A stretch of 64,000 nt of DNA from Pelomyxa schiedti (GCA_020536535.1 JAHLWZ010000693.1:62001-126000); one strand, 5' to 3'; shown: positions 27,158 to 40,373, counted from the first letter of the stretch. Made by a program: numbers and translations. Notes: generated by a model from the letters alone, not told the origin.

Positions 27158-29330
27158 ATGGCCAGCCTCGTTGCGCTTCTGTGGACTGTAATAGGAGGCA
27201 TTGTGATAGGAGTGCTTCTGGCCAAACTGACCAAGAGAGGAGAGGCTGGGACGAGCCAAGAGAGGGCCCGTCGCGACAGGGAGTGCACCGGGACAGAGAG
27301 AGGGGGCAACCACGGGGAGCAGGGGCCTCTGGTGGAGACACAAGCACAGGCAGAGGCACAGGCGCAGGCAACCCCGTCGTCTGCCTATGCTTCTGCCTCG
27401 TCCTCGTGCTCATCTGGGAGTCCCGTGATGCAGGAAAATGCGAGTCAAGCTGACGGTGTGTAGCCTGTAAATTGGTCCGACCACTCAGGAGCGGGGAGGG
27501 GGAAGGTACTTATATAGTGCGAGGGGGCGCTTGAAAGATAATTATGGGTGCTTGGGGAATCGTCATTACCTCATGTTTATTGACTTCTGCCCATAGGGGC
27601 TCATGGTGCCTCTTTGGTTGGGGTCACAAGTGCAGGGGTTGAGCCACCTGGGTCCCATACACTTACAAACAAGAATTCGAATTCGAGTGCTCTGCAGTCT
27701 GATTTCCCAAAGGACACTTCTGCAGGTTTTCAATTTTATTTTTTTTTTTTTAAAAAAGAAAAAAAGCCCTACACTCTGTCCACTCAACAAATTCCCACAT
27801 GGGGATTGAGCTCAGGTACTTTTTGTGCTAATATTTTCTTGAAAAGAGGAACGACTCTTTGTTGGAACGAGAGATGCAGTGAAATGCTATCAGTTGGGTC
27901 CAGACACAGACTTCACAAATCTTGTAGAGATTTGGTCTTCAGCAGTTGTATGTCTCTTCTTGTAAAGCCGTTTGCAAATTCCATCTGTATGCAGACAAGA
28001 AAGGGGCCACTTACTTTGCTATGCGATCCACCGTCACTGTATATTTTCAGCCGTGGCACTATCAGCTGCTTGGCACACACTACCGGGCAGGAACTGTGGA
28101 CGGTATGAAGCTGCGTTAATAAATACTTATTCAATTTCCTATGAGAATTAGAGTGTATTTGAAGAGCTTCAGGGTAACAATGGCGCCTCTTTAGTTATCT
28201 TCGAAAATATGCTTGTTGTAGGAGCAAATTACTCCTTGTATTTTATAGACAAGGTAACTAAACTCAGGGACACTGCTTAGCCTAATGTTACCAGTCAAAT
28301 GGAACCAAGCTTTGGGAAATGCTTATAGGAAAGAGCAAGAGTAAATTTTCCAACGCAGTTGTAACCCTTGTTGAAAACGGGGTTCTTTACGCTGGCAGTT
28401 CAGGGCATGTCTCGGCAATCTGTCACCAGGGTGACAAGATGCTTGTAGGTTACTTCCTATGTAACTTCAGTTTTGTTAATTCTGCCTCCTTATCTCTGTG
28501 GAGATGAGCTCTCTTCCCGTTCCCACAGTGAACATGGTTCATCGAGGTGTGACTCTGTCACACTGCGACACCCCAGATGTACATGTAGTTCAAGTGGTAA
28601 CACCTGGGTACTTGTTTTTCTTTTTTCATTCTTCTTTTGATCTTAATACAAGGGCACTCATATCTGTAGATTCTCGTTCAAATATACTTGGTTCTTCCAT
28701 TCCAATTGATACGCTGTCTCCGGTAACACAAATTTCCTTCAAAAACGGCGTTTTCCTCTCATGGTTGACACTGAGCTGTTGTAATGTACCCTTATTCCTT
28801 TTCTTATTAAAATAGAGTTACCATTAGCAACAGGTAAAGGCATACACACGAAGCCACGACCTCGTGTGGTCCTCTCAAATCAAAGCCTCAGGTGTGTGCC
28901 TTGGCCCTAGTTCACAGGTATCTTCACTCGTTGTAATTCCAAGCCGAGGGCTTTTCGTTGCTTCCTGTGGTGCGACTACAATGTATAACTCCAAGAACCT
29001 TATTGTATTACGTAGGATATGTCTTTCAGCTTCTCTTGAAGACTGGAAAAATTATTAGCAAGATCAGCCTTCCTGGATGTGGATACCCCAACACATTTCT
29101 GTTCTACATCAAGAGTCATGACAAGCTTCTGGCATTGTAATTTCCTACTTGTGGTAATTATAGTAACAACAAAAACCAAAAAATTAAGCACCAAGAGCTA
29201 CACGTATCTCATTGAAGGAGAGACCCCAATACCACTGAAGTACAAATGGGATGATAAATCATTTGCAACAGACACTGACACATTAGACTTCTCAGCCTCT
29301 GGATTTCTTCACACAGGTGTATTTCAGTGA
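27158..29330 (+). CDS. N-terminally anchored PQQ/WD-like beta-propeller protein
   Basis: Hydrophobic N-terminus MASLVALLWTVIGGIVIGVLLAKL, then repeats such as RGTISCLAHTTGQELWTV, NMLVVGANYSLYFID..NGTKLW and ENGVLYAGSSGHVSAI, typical of PQQ-type propeller blades. Exon joins are approximate. Confidence 0.55.
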
Positions 29331-29486
29331 AATCCCCACTCACCCCGCTTCACAACCACACTGTCAACATTAATTTTATTGTTTTTGTTTTTGTTCGTTG
29401 CGTTATTTTTTTGAAATTGCCGGCACACCGGTGCCACGGAATGCCATCAAAATGAGGGGATACGAGATCATAATTTAAAAAAACTC

Positions 29487-32164
29487 ATGAAGGGGAAGAA
29501 GGGCGCCGCGAAGCAACAAAAGGCGAAGCGAGCCGTGAAAAGTGTTGCTGTGGAAGCAACAACCAGTACGACTACGACCTCCACTGCATCTAGTACCGCC
29601 GCTGCTCCTCCTGTGTCACAATCTGCCGCGTCGGTCTCTCAACCTTTTGTTGCTGATAATACGTTCGCGTTGTTGGATGCTCTGATTCCCTCGAGTGCAC
29701 TAAACGGCGCAAGCATTACGGGTTCCTTGATGTGTAAGTGCTTGGGCGGCACATCATCAGCCGCCACCTCGAGTGCCTGCGTTCAACAACCAAAGTGGTT
29801 GGTCGGTGTGCCACCGTGTCTGAGTGAAGTGCTCGCAGCAAATGCTGTGGCAATGGGCCAATGCTCTATTGGGGTTCTATCTGGTAATCGAACTTCACTT
29901 GTCTTCGGTTTTTTCCCCCACTCAACAAAAACCAGATGTAGCAGCAGACTTGGGGGAGGCAGCGGGGGTACTACCAGGTGGACTTGAGATAGTTGGAATT
30001 GCATTACCAGCTACTGTTAAATTAACCAATGACCCCTCGGGAACTGAGTCCCTGGACCTGTGTGAAAACTGCTTGAATGCAACAAAAGCGGCCATGTTGC
30101 ACTCCAAGAGGCAAGTTTTTGTCACAGCCATTGTTGATGGTGTGGGGGTCGCAGTATACATGTATTCCAAAGTTGGTGTTGGTCTCCAGAAAGTTAAGCA
30201 CTCTATAGCATCCAAAAACCAAATATCAGATCTACTTGTTGCCGTTAAGGCATCTTTTCAAATTCCTGTGCAGCTGTTTCTTCAGTCACCTGAACAACCA
30301 GGTACTATTCTGTTATGAATTGTATTTCTGTTAATGGCCCCATAACTCCTACACAGAGTTTAGCAGTGTTCTGCAATCAGAACTTCAACAAATAACCTGT
30401 TCCTGGCACGACAGCATGTCTTTCAAAATCAAGTAAAATTTTTGCTTGTCAGTTTTTTAACCCATTCCCAATACTTCTAAAAGTGACCTTGCACTGTCTA
30501 CATCTGATACCAATACAACGACTCCTGCTAGTCATCTTAGAAACCAGGGTGAAACAGCACCTGCTAAAAGGAATACAAAAGCAAAAAGGACTGGAACCAG
30601 CCATTCAGAATCAACTGTAGAAGTTGATACATATTTGCCAATAACAATGTCCCAGAGGGGATGTGAATCACCACCATCTGCAAGCATCGGTGAGCTACTG
30701 TACTCCCCATTTCACCTAAACATTTTAGTTCCAGGGAAACCCTTCATTCGCAATATTACATTCCATATCAATGCTGTTGCTTACACAAGGTCAAGGACAC
30801 CACTGCCGGAAGTTGCTAGGTTACTTAGTGCAACTGCAGCAACACAGTTAAGAAAAGGCATGTCACAAGCTGCAACACAATTCTTTTTTGAGGCTAGTAG
30901 AGTGAATGTTGACCCTGGGACATGTGTGGTAGGTAAATACACCTTTGTAGGAAGTTATAATTACAGTTCTAAAGATTCGGGCGTACAACTTCCAACCTAA
31001 AGAGCAGTGTTTCATCTTTTCTTTGTGTTTCCCAGAGATTGATGTGGATTTAAAGTTCTGGCAAGATTGTGTGCCTTGAATAGTTTCTATCTTGCCTAAT
31101 ATTCTCCAGACAGGAAACGCATACACCAACATTTCATGCTTCCTCTAAATCGACCTCTCCTACATCCAAAACTCTCTGGACTGGGAAATACTGTCGGGAA
31201 AAGCCGTGTGTAATTACATACCAAGTACCCGCCTTTCCAACTCAATTTTCTCTTCAGTGCAGCTGATCGACCCTCACTTACAACTTCTTTCAAGTTGAGG
31301 TTTTTTTGAGTGTAATACTATATTTAACCACAAAAAGAATCTTTTGGGAAAACCTTTAAACACTACATAATTGAGGGAAGTTATCAGTACTGGCACTACA
31401 TGCACGGAATGGATGACAGGGTAACATAAAATACTTGTTATTCTCAACTGGTTTTTTTTTTTTTTCATTCTTTGTACAGGGATGGGGATGTGCCTATCGT
31501 TCCATGCAAACTTTGTGTATCAGTGCACTTACAGAGATGCAAATTAATATTCACCCCAGGTTCTTGGTTGATTTTAAATAACTACACGACGAAGTCCATC
31601 CCATCCATTCCGGTACGCAAAGGGGAGGAAGATAAAATCTGATTTACTGCAGGAAATCCAACAAATACTTGTTGATCTTGGAGACAAAGAGCCTTCATTT
31701 GCTGGCTCTCACCAATGGATTGGCGCAGTTGAAATTAGCATGTGCTTACAGTATCTGTATTCAGTGGATTGCAAAGTGTTGCATGTGTCATCAGGATCTA
31801 ACGTGAATCAATACTTGTCCCAGTTAGCAATGCACTTTCAGACCCAAGGAACACCCGTGATGATTGGTATTCCACATTAGCGTAATTTAATTCCTCACGC
31901 ACGTTAGGTGGCGGAGTCTTGGCTTATACTCTCCTCGGAGTTTCCTATGACGAACTTGCCGGGGAAGGGCAGTACCTTATTCTTGTAAGGGACTCCCCAC
32001 AGTGAATGAGATAGCTTACTACATAATAGGACCCACACTACACGGGAGATGACAAGGAGGGCTCTGTACGTGATGGTGGCGGTGTTTATTGGAAAGGTTC
32101 CCAGCTCTTCCTTGCCCAAAACTTCTACAACTTTTGCCTTCCACAAAGACCCCAAATTCTCTAG
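29487..32164 (+). CDS. UFSP2: UFM1-specific protease 2 (peptidase C78)
   Basis: HYMHGMDDRGWGCAYRSMQT (catalytic Cys), EIQQILVDLGDKEPSFAGSHQWIGAVE, GTPVMIGGGVLAYTLLGV, YLILDPHYTG (Asp-His) and FYNFCLPQRP. Confidence 0.93.
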
Positions 32165-32205
32165 GAAATAAAAAAGAATCTTTCATCACAATGGCTTGGT
32201 TTTTT

Positions 32206-33161
32206 TTACATCTTCCTTAGCCAAATGACCACAGTGTTTTTTACTTGGTGCTCATTCACCACAACAAAGCCACATTGAGTCCACGCTTGCTCTGCTTGTT
32301 GGCGTTTGGGTACAAACCGGGGGCACCCGTTGGCTAGGATCAAGGACCCTCCCCCACAGAGTAGTGAACTCGAAATTCTGAACATGGGGAGGATGAAGTT
32401 TGGGTCATATATCTGTTTGTATGGTTTAGAACGAACTAAACTTAGAAAGAAGTGTGTTCTCCCACCACATCAGTTCCGAGGAGAATATCAAATGCTGCTG
32501 CCATTTCAGAGGGAACAGGGAGAGACCAGTCCAATTTGCATACATTGACTTCACAGGATTCCGGAATTCTCACAGAATTCATTGCCACATTTTTGTTCAG
32601 TACCTCCAGTACATCTTTAGGACTGAGTAAGCGACAGAGATAGGTTTTTGTATTGTAATAAATAAATAGAACCAGAATCAAAGTCAGTGAGTACTACCTG
32701 CATTATTACTTGAATTAAAAATTCCCATTAACTTCAACACACCCTTCGAGCGTTCATCAAAGAGCACAGGATTCCAGGTAGTCCACAGCCTGCACCAAGC
32801 TCAAGCACTCTTTTCCCACCCACAAGGATAGTTCCATCACCCAACGCCGAAGCCAAAACTTTGGCACCCTAGGCATAAGTTGGAATACTGACAATGAAAA
32901 ATTCGGTACCTCCCAAACAACGAGTCCAACAATAGTGTGTTGAAAGTCTTGGTTTTTGTTATGAATTATTGTGGTCGGTCGACAAAAAAAAAAAAACATT
33001 ACGTAACGAAGTCCCGGTTTCATACCCGAAGGCAGACACATTAGACGCAGTTGCGCATCGCTTTGGCCATGCACAGGCAGAGTGAATAATTGTTCCTCAA
33101 GTGCAGCCTCTCCCAGCATCATCTGCGCCACGCCGTCCAATGCCCCTTCGTCGTCACTCAT
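32206..33161 (-). CDS. Class I SAM-dependent protein methyltransferase (METTL21/family 16-like)
   Basis: GLVVWE..AKVLA, VGGKRVLELGAGCGLPGI (motif I), CKLDW and FDILLGTDVVY. Confidence 0.85.
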
Positions 33162-33225
33162 TGTGCCAAATTGCGGTGTACCGTCGTTTCCGGGAAATCA
33201 TCTGGCGGGAAGAATATAAAAAAGA

Positions 33226-34334
33226 ATGGCCAGTGCTGCGCGTCCGGGTGATGAACGGTCGCGGGTGGGTGGTTTTTGATGGGTTTTTAATATTTGCAAA
33301 CCAGTAGGTTGTGTTGCTATGATTGATTGGACATGCTTGGATGAATTCCTGCTGGCTGTAATTTTGTACCAATTACCGCATAGGAGCTTGTGAGTTACAG
33401 CAAAGACGTTTTTTTTCCCACTGCTGACAACTACTCGTATTGATGAAGGTTTCGGGCTTCCAGGGTGTGTAAGCGTTGGCACTCAGTTATTAAGAATTTG
33501 GTCAATGATGCAGAATATTGGCACACTTTGTGTGAAGTGAGGTGCTCCGATGTTGCAGGCATAATGGCAAGGATGCCGGAGATTCCATTACAGAATGGAT
33601 ATCAATTCTTTTACGTGGTGTGCCGTGCAGTAAAAAAAACCTCTTCAAGCAAGCCTATATAAAGTGTAAGAAAATCTCAATGCCACAAGAACTTTCTACG
33701 TGGACTTCAACAAGGTGTAAAATTAATGAAGGACCCGTATATCGGAGCTCCGTATTTCACCCATTCTTGGTCGTGCAACGTATGCAATTACAATTCCAAA
33801 ATCCCAGTCTATCATTGTATGATGTATGTATTTTCCTAGAGTGTCACGTGGCCGTTAATGCAACATAAACAGATGCTCTGTTTATGATATGTGCCCCAAT
33901 TGTTACGCTAAGGGGCGCCGAGGGAGGCACGACTGCGTGAGGATGACAGATTGGTATATTATATCCACTGTAGTGTGCCTGTTGAATATCACTTACAAAA
34001 AGGTGGTATGCAAACTATCGCCGCTATGTCACGAAACGACCTCCAACAGTTGAGGTAAGCAAATTACTCACACTGAAGGCCTCTGCATCCCAAAATACTG
34101 CAGCACGAGGTATTTGACTATCTCCAAATGCGTACTTACCTTGCACTGCACTACATCCCAAAAGACTTGATGAAGATATCGCTTAACTTTGAAGAAACTG
34201 AACCTGGGATGGAGGAATGGGACCTGAATGATGACGAAGACTGTGACGATGAAGATTTCACTGATGAGGATGAAGATTTTGAGGTAGATAGAGAACTGTC
34301 AAGCAGCAGTCTCAGTGAAGACGAGGATTCATGA
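33226..34334 (+). CDS. F-box protein with acidic C-terminus
   Basis: DWTCLDEFLLAVILYQLPHRSL...VCKRWHSVI..DAEYWHTLC resembles an F-box, and the gene ends in a D/E-rich tail. Confidence 0.65.
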
Positions 34335-34493
34335 AGCTCTTTCTTCCTGTAACTCGTAACTTTATGGCGGAATAAAAAAAACACCAGACCAGGTCGCCGA
34401 TCCTGTTGATTATTTTATTCAGCCTGAAAGTTTACGTTTTGTTACGTTCATATTTACTTCGGTGGAAAAAAAAAACCGCAGACAGGAAAAAAA

Positions 34494-35725
34494 ATGTTGC
34501 GGCTGTGGGACCATAAGCTCGAACCGGCGGTGTTGTTGTGGGTGGTGGTTCTTTGTGTGCCGGTGTTTGGTGATTACGAGTGCGGCACCGTCGTTGAACA
34601 CCTGCCAGTGTCAGAGGCCCCCGGCGTGTCTCATGGTGCCGCAGTCTCGCCACGTAGATTGGTTGTGCTGGACGTCGCCAGGAGATGGCGGGTTGACGAA
34701 GAAAACCGCGACGACGGCAGAGTTGGTGGTGAAGGTGACTCGACTCACCCGCACTACACATACGGGTTCCACAACGTGGTGGTGACGGAGCTGAAAATCG
34801 ACATTGTCGACACTCCCAGCTACAACGGCGACGAGGAGACCCACAAGTGCTGCGGCGCGGTGGTCCAGCGCTGCAATGATGGAGGAAGCGGGGCTATTTC
34901 TGGCACCGAGCACGGAAGATTGGCACTGGGGGACGGAGACATCGAAGCGAAAGGAGACTGCGCGAGGGAAGTGCACTATCACGGCGACGCACACAGTTTC
35001 TCTGGGAGCAGTAGCGGGGAAATGGGCAAAGTCCAGTGGAAGAGCGTTGTGGAACAACCAGGAGAGGAAAGGAGGTACGGCGAGGTACTGATCATCGATA
35101 GTCTCGGAAGCGATGTGTTTGTGGATGTATATCAGGTAGTTTGACTCCCTTACATGCCGGCATGTGGGTGTTTCTGCTTTTCCTAAAGAGGATGCAAATG
35201 AATGTCATGCCCACTCACTAACTGCCTCCAAAGATTGAAAATGAATGGAAAAGACGCCCTACCAACTACCGGATTCACTCTCTTGCCGGAGTTATGGATC
35301 TCGAGAAGCCGTCCACTGAGGTTCCAAAATGGGGTTCCTTTGTGGTGGTCTCTCTTCAAATTACAAATGATTCCTTCCCTCAAACAATAAGGTTCCTCCC
35401 CTAACATTATTATTCATTCTACCTCAATATCCATAGGGCTGAAGTACCTATTCACAGCAGATACCAACCTCCTTCTAATTCCTCACACTATAAGGCAGTT
35501 ACAATTCCGGCACCAGTTGTCCTCATACAATCCTTCCATGACCCCTGTTGGCAACTGCACACAGCAGAACAAGCCCTTAAAGGCACTGTTCCTGTTGGGG
35601 ACCTCAATTTGCAGAGCACTGTAGCCCTTCTTACTCTTACTATAACAACTCTCGGTGCTTTGCTGTTTGTACTTCTTCTCATGTGCGTTCCTATGGACAC
35701 ACCATACACCAAAAAGAAGCAGTGA
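34494..35725 (+). CDS. PIGX: GPI mannosyltransferase I subunit PIG-X/PBN1-like
   Basis: Signal peptide, EVLIIDSLGSDVFVDVYQ, DLEKPSTEV, VPIHSRYQPPS, and VPVGDL followed by a C-terminal TM. These match PIG-X motifs (LxVDPY, DxEAP, PxHxRY, VPVG). Confidence 0.75.
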
Positions 35726-35870
35726 CCACAAGTGAGCTTCGGAACTTCTGTGGTACCAGTTAACTGTTTCGTACAATCAAATCAATGGAAAAATAAAAGA
35801 GACGAGATGTTTTCTTTTATTGAATTCTTTTTTACTAGTGCATGAAAATGAAAGCTATTCAATTCCAGGT

Positions 35871-37042
35871 TTATGATGAAGAGGCAGCTGGTTTCTTGGC
35901 TTTGGGGTCCTTCTTCTCAGGAGTGCCACTAGGATCAACCCTGCTCCGTTTGGCTTGTTGCTGGGGCTTGGTTGGTTCTGCACTGGCAACAACCTCAGAA
36001 GCAGGAGTCTCTGGTTTGCGTTTCCCAGTGGCCTTTCCAGCTTCTTCTTTGGGTTTGGTTGGTGTTGGTGTTGGTGTTACTGTGTCTGTGGCCTTCTTGC
36101 CCTTCTTGCCAGCGGGTGCTTTCGCTTCTTCTGCGGGCTTCATTGATTCGTCAGCGGAAGTTGCGGTTGTGGTTGTTTGAGTAGTTGTGGCTTCTGAGGC
36201 AGCTGCACCAGTTGTTTCAGCGACTTTAGCAGTTTTTTTAGCAAGTTGCCTTCTGCGTTTTGCTTTGGCTGCTGTAGTTGTTGAAGGCTTCTCAGCTGGC
36301 TTCTCGGCAGCTGGCTTCTTGGGGCTCTTTTGTTTGCCACCTGCCTTCTGTGGAGCAGCCTTCTCATCGGATTTTTCCTCAGGTTTCTCGGCCGATTTCT
36401 CCTCTACTTTATCAGTTGGTTTCTCTGCTGGTTTTTTGGCTGGTTTCTTGTCAGCCTTCTTGTCAGGTTCAGGTTCCTTCTCTGGTTTCTCCCCTGATTT
36501 TTCGGCTGGCTTCTCTGCTGGTTTTACGGCTGGTTTTACGGCTGGCTTCTCGGCGGGTTTGGTGGCCGGCTTCTCGGCGGGTTTGGTGGCCGGCTTCTCG
36601 GCGGGCTTCTCGGCGGGCTTCCCTGCTGGCTTGGGGGTTGTGTTGGCTCCACCCTTCTTCTTTCCCTGTTTAATGTAAGAAAAGAAGCAGTGGGTGTTGA
36701 GGGAGTACCTTGTAGAGAGCACCCTGTGTTTTCTCAGCCTACGTGACAGTTAAAACTACTCATTGAATAATTTCATTTTTTTTTTTACAGAAAAACTGAA
36801 AAGGAGAAGGCTCTAACAAGAAGACAAGCTTCTCTCCTAAATACAACAATTTGACTTACAAATATATATATCACACAACAACAAACCTCGGTCATGCACG
36901 AGGTGTGACCCTTCACTGTTTGTAAATCAAAGTCCTTGTGGCAATCAATGCAAACGAAGTGGCCGCGGCATTGCTGCCCGTGTGACACTGTCTGCGGTTT
37001 CTTGATGGTGTCGTGGCATACGGTGCATTCAAACGACGGCAT
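35871..37042 (-). CDS. LYAR: LYAR-type C2HC zinc-finger nucleolar protein
   Basis: MPSFECTVCHDTIKKPQTVSHGQQCRGHFVCIDCHKDFDLQTVKGHTSCMTE is the LYAR zinc finger, followed by a K/P/A/E-rich low-complexity tail. Confidence 0.85.
36500..36632 (-). repeat. 12-bp coding tandem repeat encoding KPA(E/T/V/G)
   Basis: Translation KPAGKPAEKPAEKPATKPAEKPATKPAEKPAVKPAVKPAEKPAEK, with an exact 24-bp duplication at 36544-36567 and 36568-36591. Confidence 0.85.
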
Positions 37043-37511
37043 GTTCTTGGTTATGGGTTGGTCACTGTCTGTAAATGGTGCGTAGAAGAGACGCCGCAAC
37101 GTGGTGGGCTTTGTTGTGTAATGAACAAGATAAAGATTGATGGGGGAAAAGGGAGAGGAAAACAAAAAAGCTTTAATATCGGGTTTCTGCAACTGCGAGG
37201 GATCTACAGAGGTTGGTGTTCGCAGGAATTTCGTATCGAATCAAGAAAAATCTCAGCCCTCTTCGTTGGCCAGCACATGAGGATGACCCGGGAATTCTGA
37301 GTACCCGGAAGCCTATGGTATCCCGCCTGATCTGCAGGAACCTCATCTTGCACTTCCTTTCCTGTTACCATCTGTTCTTTTCGAAGTTCTGTTCCTTGCA
37401 TTTTCCTCTTTCCAGTGATTCCTGGTTACGGTAATCCCCATAACATAACAACCCAGAAAAGACCGACACAGGGCAAGGCACACCCAAGTGTAATCTTCCA
37501 TAAATCCAGAA

Positions 37512-39599
37512 ATGAGCCCCCATCGCAGTGGTGCCCTGCCCTTCCTCCCATCCATCATCATAATTGCTTCTCTTGCCGCTCTTTCTGCACTTTGTGCATG
37601 TGGCGTTCCACCGGCCAATGACACGGCGCCGCCCACAAACAACACCACGTCGTCGTACCCAACCGCGCTGCTTGGGAACGCGTTCGGGTCCCACATGGTG
37701 GTCCAGGGCGCGCCCTCTCGGTCACGCGTCTACGGCCACGCGGCGTCGCCGAATCTGGAAGTCGAGGTGTACGTGGACGGCCAGCTCGCGGCCTCGGCGA
37801 CGTCGGGCGCCGCGGGAGCGTGGAGCGCGTGGCTGCCTGTGACGGAGCCGTCGCTCGATTCTCATTCGATCACGGTGACTGACGTGGCGGCAAATCACTC
37901 TCAGACAATTGACGGTTCGTTCGTGGGCCTTGCCTTACTGGGAACTGGGCCAGTCCTTTCCTTTCCTTTCCTTTCCTTCCCTTCCTATTGGTTGATAACG
38001 TTGTGTGTGGCCTTTTGCATAGGTTGTTACCTGGGTGTTTGATTTATTAATTTTCTCTTGGTTGTGCATTCGTCACACAATAACTCAGTCACATGAAGAT
38101 GTGCTTTTTGGAGATGTATATCTGTGCTCTGGGCAGAGCAATATGGAAATGACCCTGTGTGAGGCTTTCAATCAGACAGTTTAGTTTAATTTATTTCGTT
38201 AAAAAAAGTTTATTAACTCACATCCCTAAAAATCCACAATCAGCTTCTGCGCACTGATAATTACCCAAATATCAGAATTATGACTATTGGTCAAGGAAAC
38301 TACAGCTTTCAACCCGTTGATGACTTCATTTCTATTAAGCATCCCTGGGATCGGGCGTCGCCAGGTTGACTTTGAGACACGTTGTATAACATTGTGTCTA
38401 ACTTGTCAAATATAGGATCACTGGGAATTGGAGGAAATAAGAAGATGAAAGATTGTTTTTCTGCAGTCTGTTGGTTCTTTGGTCAAAAAATCCACACGCA
38501 GTACTCCATCCCAGTTGGCCTGATAAGTGCAAATTGGGGAGGTTCATACATAGAATCCTGGTCAAGTCCAGATGCCTTGGAACAATGTGACTGCAACAAC
38601 CTTGACGTGAATAAGGTCCCAAATTATCCAAGCCTACTGTGGAATACAATGATAACTCCGTTATTACAAATGGGTTTGAGGAGTGTGATTTGGTACCAGG
38701 CGGAAGCTAATTGTTGGAACTGGCAATGTTATACCTGCAGGTCTGAACTGCTTTTCAAATAAGAACTAGTTCTTATTTCATAAAGCTTTGTGGCCATGAT
38801 AAATGACTTGCGGGAGAAGCGCGGCGATACACCCCAAAGCTTGCCCTTTATATTTGTGCAATTACACCCTTGGACTCAATATGCAGTGGGAATGAATCTC
38901 CCAGAAATGCGGCTGGCCCAGACACCTGCCGTAGAGCTGGTGAATGTGGGAATGGCTTCTGCTGTGGATTTGGGGGATTGGAAAAGCCCACTGGTAAGAG
39001 TTTCCGTACAAAATGATTTCAAACAGTGGTTTTTAGGGAAATGTTCATCCACGAGATAAATTGGATGTTGGAAAGAGGCTTGCCTTGGTAGCTGACCACC
39101 TGATATATGGCAACAAATCTGTCGTGATCAACGGCCCCACATTTGAGCAGATGGTAGTTGAGAAGGGTGGACTTAATGCATCGGCAATGATTTTGTATGA
39201 GACAACAAGTATCGGGTCTGGTCTGGTGCTGTCACACTCTGATTGCCCCAGTGGTGCACTTCCCGAAGATTGTAGATTCTCTGCTGAACTGAAGAGTTCT
39301 GATGGTCAATGGCTGGAAGCAACAATCACACAGGTACCAATTTCATGCAGGTCTTAAACCTGCTTTCTCATTTTCCGCAGGTGGATTCCACAACTGTGAG
39401 ATTGAGTTGTTCCATGGAACCCAATGAAACTATCGTTGGCGCTAGATACCTCTATGCACCCTGGCCTTTGTGCACCATCTTCAACAAAGAAGGCCTTCCA
39501 GCAACACCCTTCAGATATGAGATGGACCATGGTTTTCGTCCTGGTCCTTGTCTTTTGAGCATGCTCCTCGTCCTACTTTCTCTTGTATTCCTTATGTAA
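37512..39599 (+). CDS. SIAE: Sialate O-acetylesterase (SASA/SGNH family), secreted with hydrophobic C-terminal tail
   Basis: FGSHMVVQ, DVLFGDVYLCSGQSNMEM, FSAVCWFFG, PVGLISANWGGSYIESWS, LWNTMITPL..RSVIWYQAEAN, LPFIFVQL, DVGKRLA and GLPATPFR. Confidence 0.9.
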
Positions 39600-39670
39600 T
39601 TTACATACAGGAAACGGTATTTGATTGTAATAGAAACTCCGAGTTTTTTTGGTGTAATACATGGAAATGC

Positions 39671-40373
39671 TCATTCACTAGGGAGGTGGCTCTCGTCGTC
39701 GGACTGGGGATCAAGCGGTTGTTCAGAATCCAAATTAGTGCCACCCACAGGTGATTTGGGTGGTTTGGAGGACTCAGACATGAGGTGTGCCTCCTTTGAG
39801 AATTTTGTGGGGTCGAACTTCTGCTTCAGTCTCCTACTATCTGGTACATTTTTGATCCTAACCTTGATCTTTTTTTGGGGGATTTGTTTGTTTTTTTTCT
39901 TGTGGTTATTTGGTGGATCGCATTGAATGGAATCCGGGAATGGAGGGAAAAGCAAACCTCGTTGTTGGTGAGTAAACCTTCTTTCCGGCACTGTTTGAAA
40001 ACGTACAACCTACGGTTATTAAGACTGTACATTGTATCTCCCTGCACCATCGCCGTGATTATTGGCAGATCTTCGGGTGTGATAGTGCCATTCCGTATCG
40101 ACTCCAGCGTGACCATAAGCGGCCTGCCACAACTAATCCAGTGTTAAAAATTATCAATACTACTATTATGAAAGAGGCAGATATAATGAAATGAGAAACC
40201 ACATGGAAAAAGCAAACAAACCTAAATGTCGGCCGAATTTTGCTGTGAGTGAAATAGAGGTCAGCAGGGTCAACCGAGGTCACGCCTTCGCCCCCAACGG
40301 CGCGGCTCTTGGACGATCCGCCTCCTGCCCCGCCTCTTTTTTTTTTGCTGCTGGATCCCCTCTGTTGTGACAT
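39671..40373 (-). CDS. Small protein with ParB/Sulfiredoxin-like motif (YFTHS...YSLNNRRLYVF)
   Basis: VDPADLYFTHSKIRPTFSCGRPLMVTLESIRNGTITPEDLPIITAMVQGDTMYSLNNRRLYVFKQC. The fold assignment comes from recalled ParB-like motifs (FSQ/FTH...LP.I.V....SLDNRRL). Confidence 0.6.

Noticed and set aside
36187-36678. Hydrophobic plus-strand ORFs (AGFSAG repeats), and similar ORFs at 24207-24785, 46021-46752 and 56936-57409
   Set aside because: They are antisense shadows of GC-rich or low-complexity coding exons.
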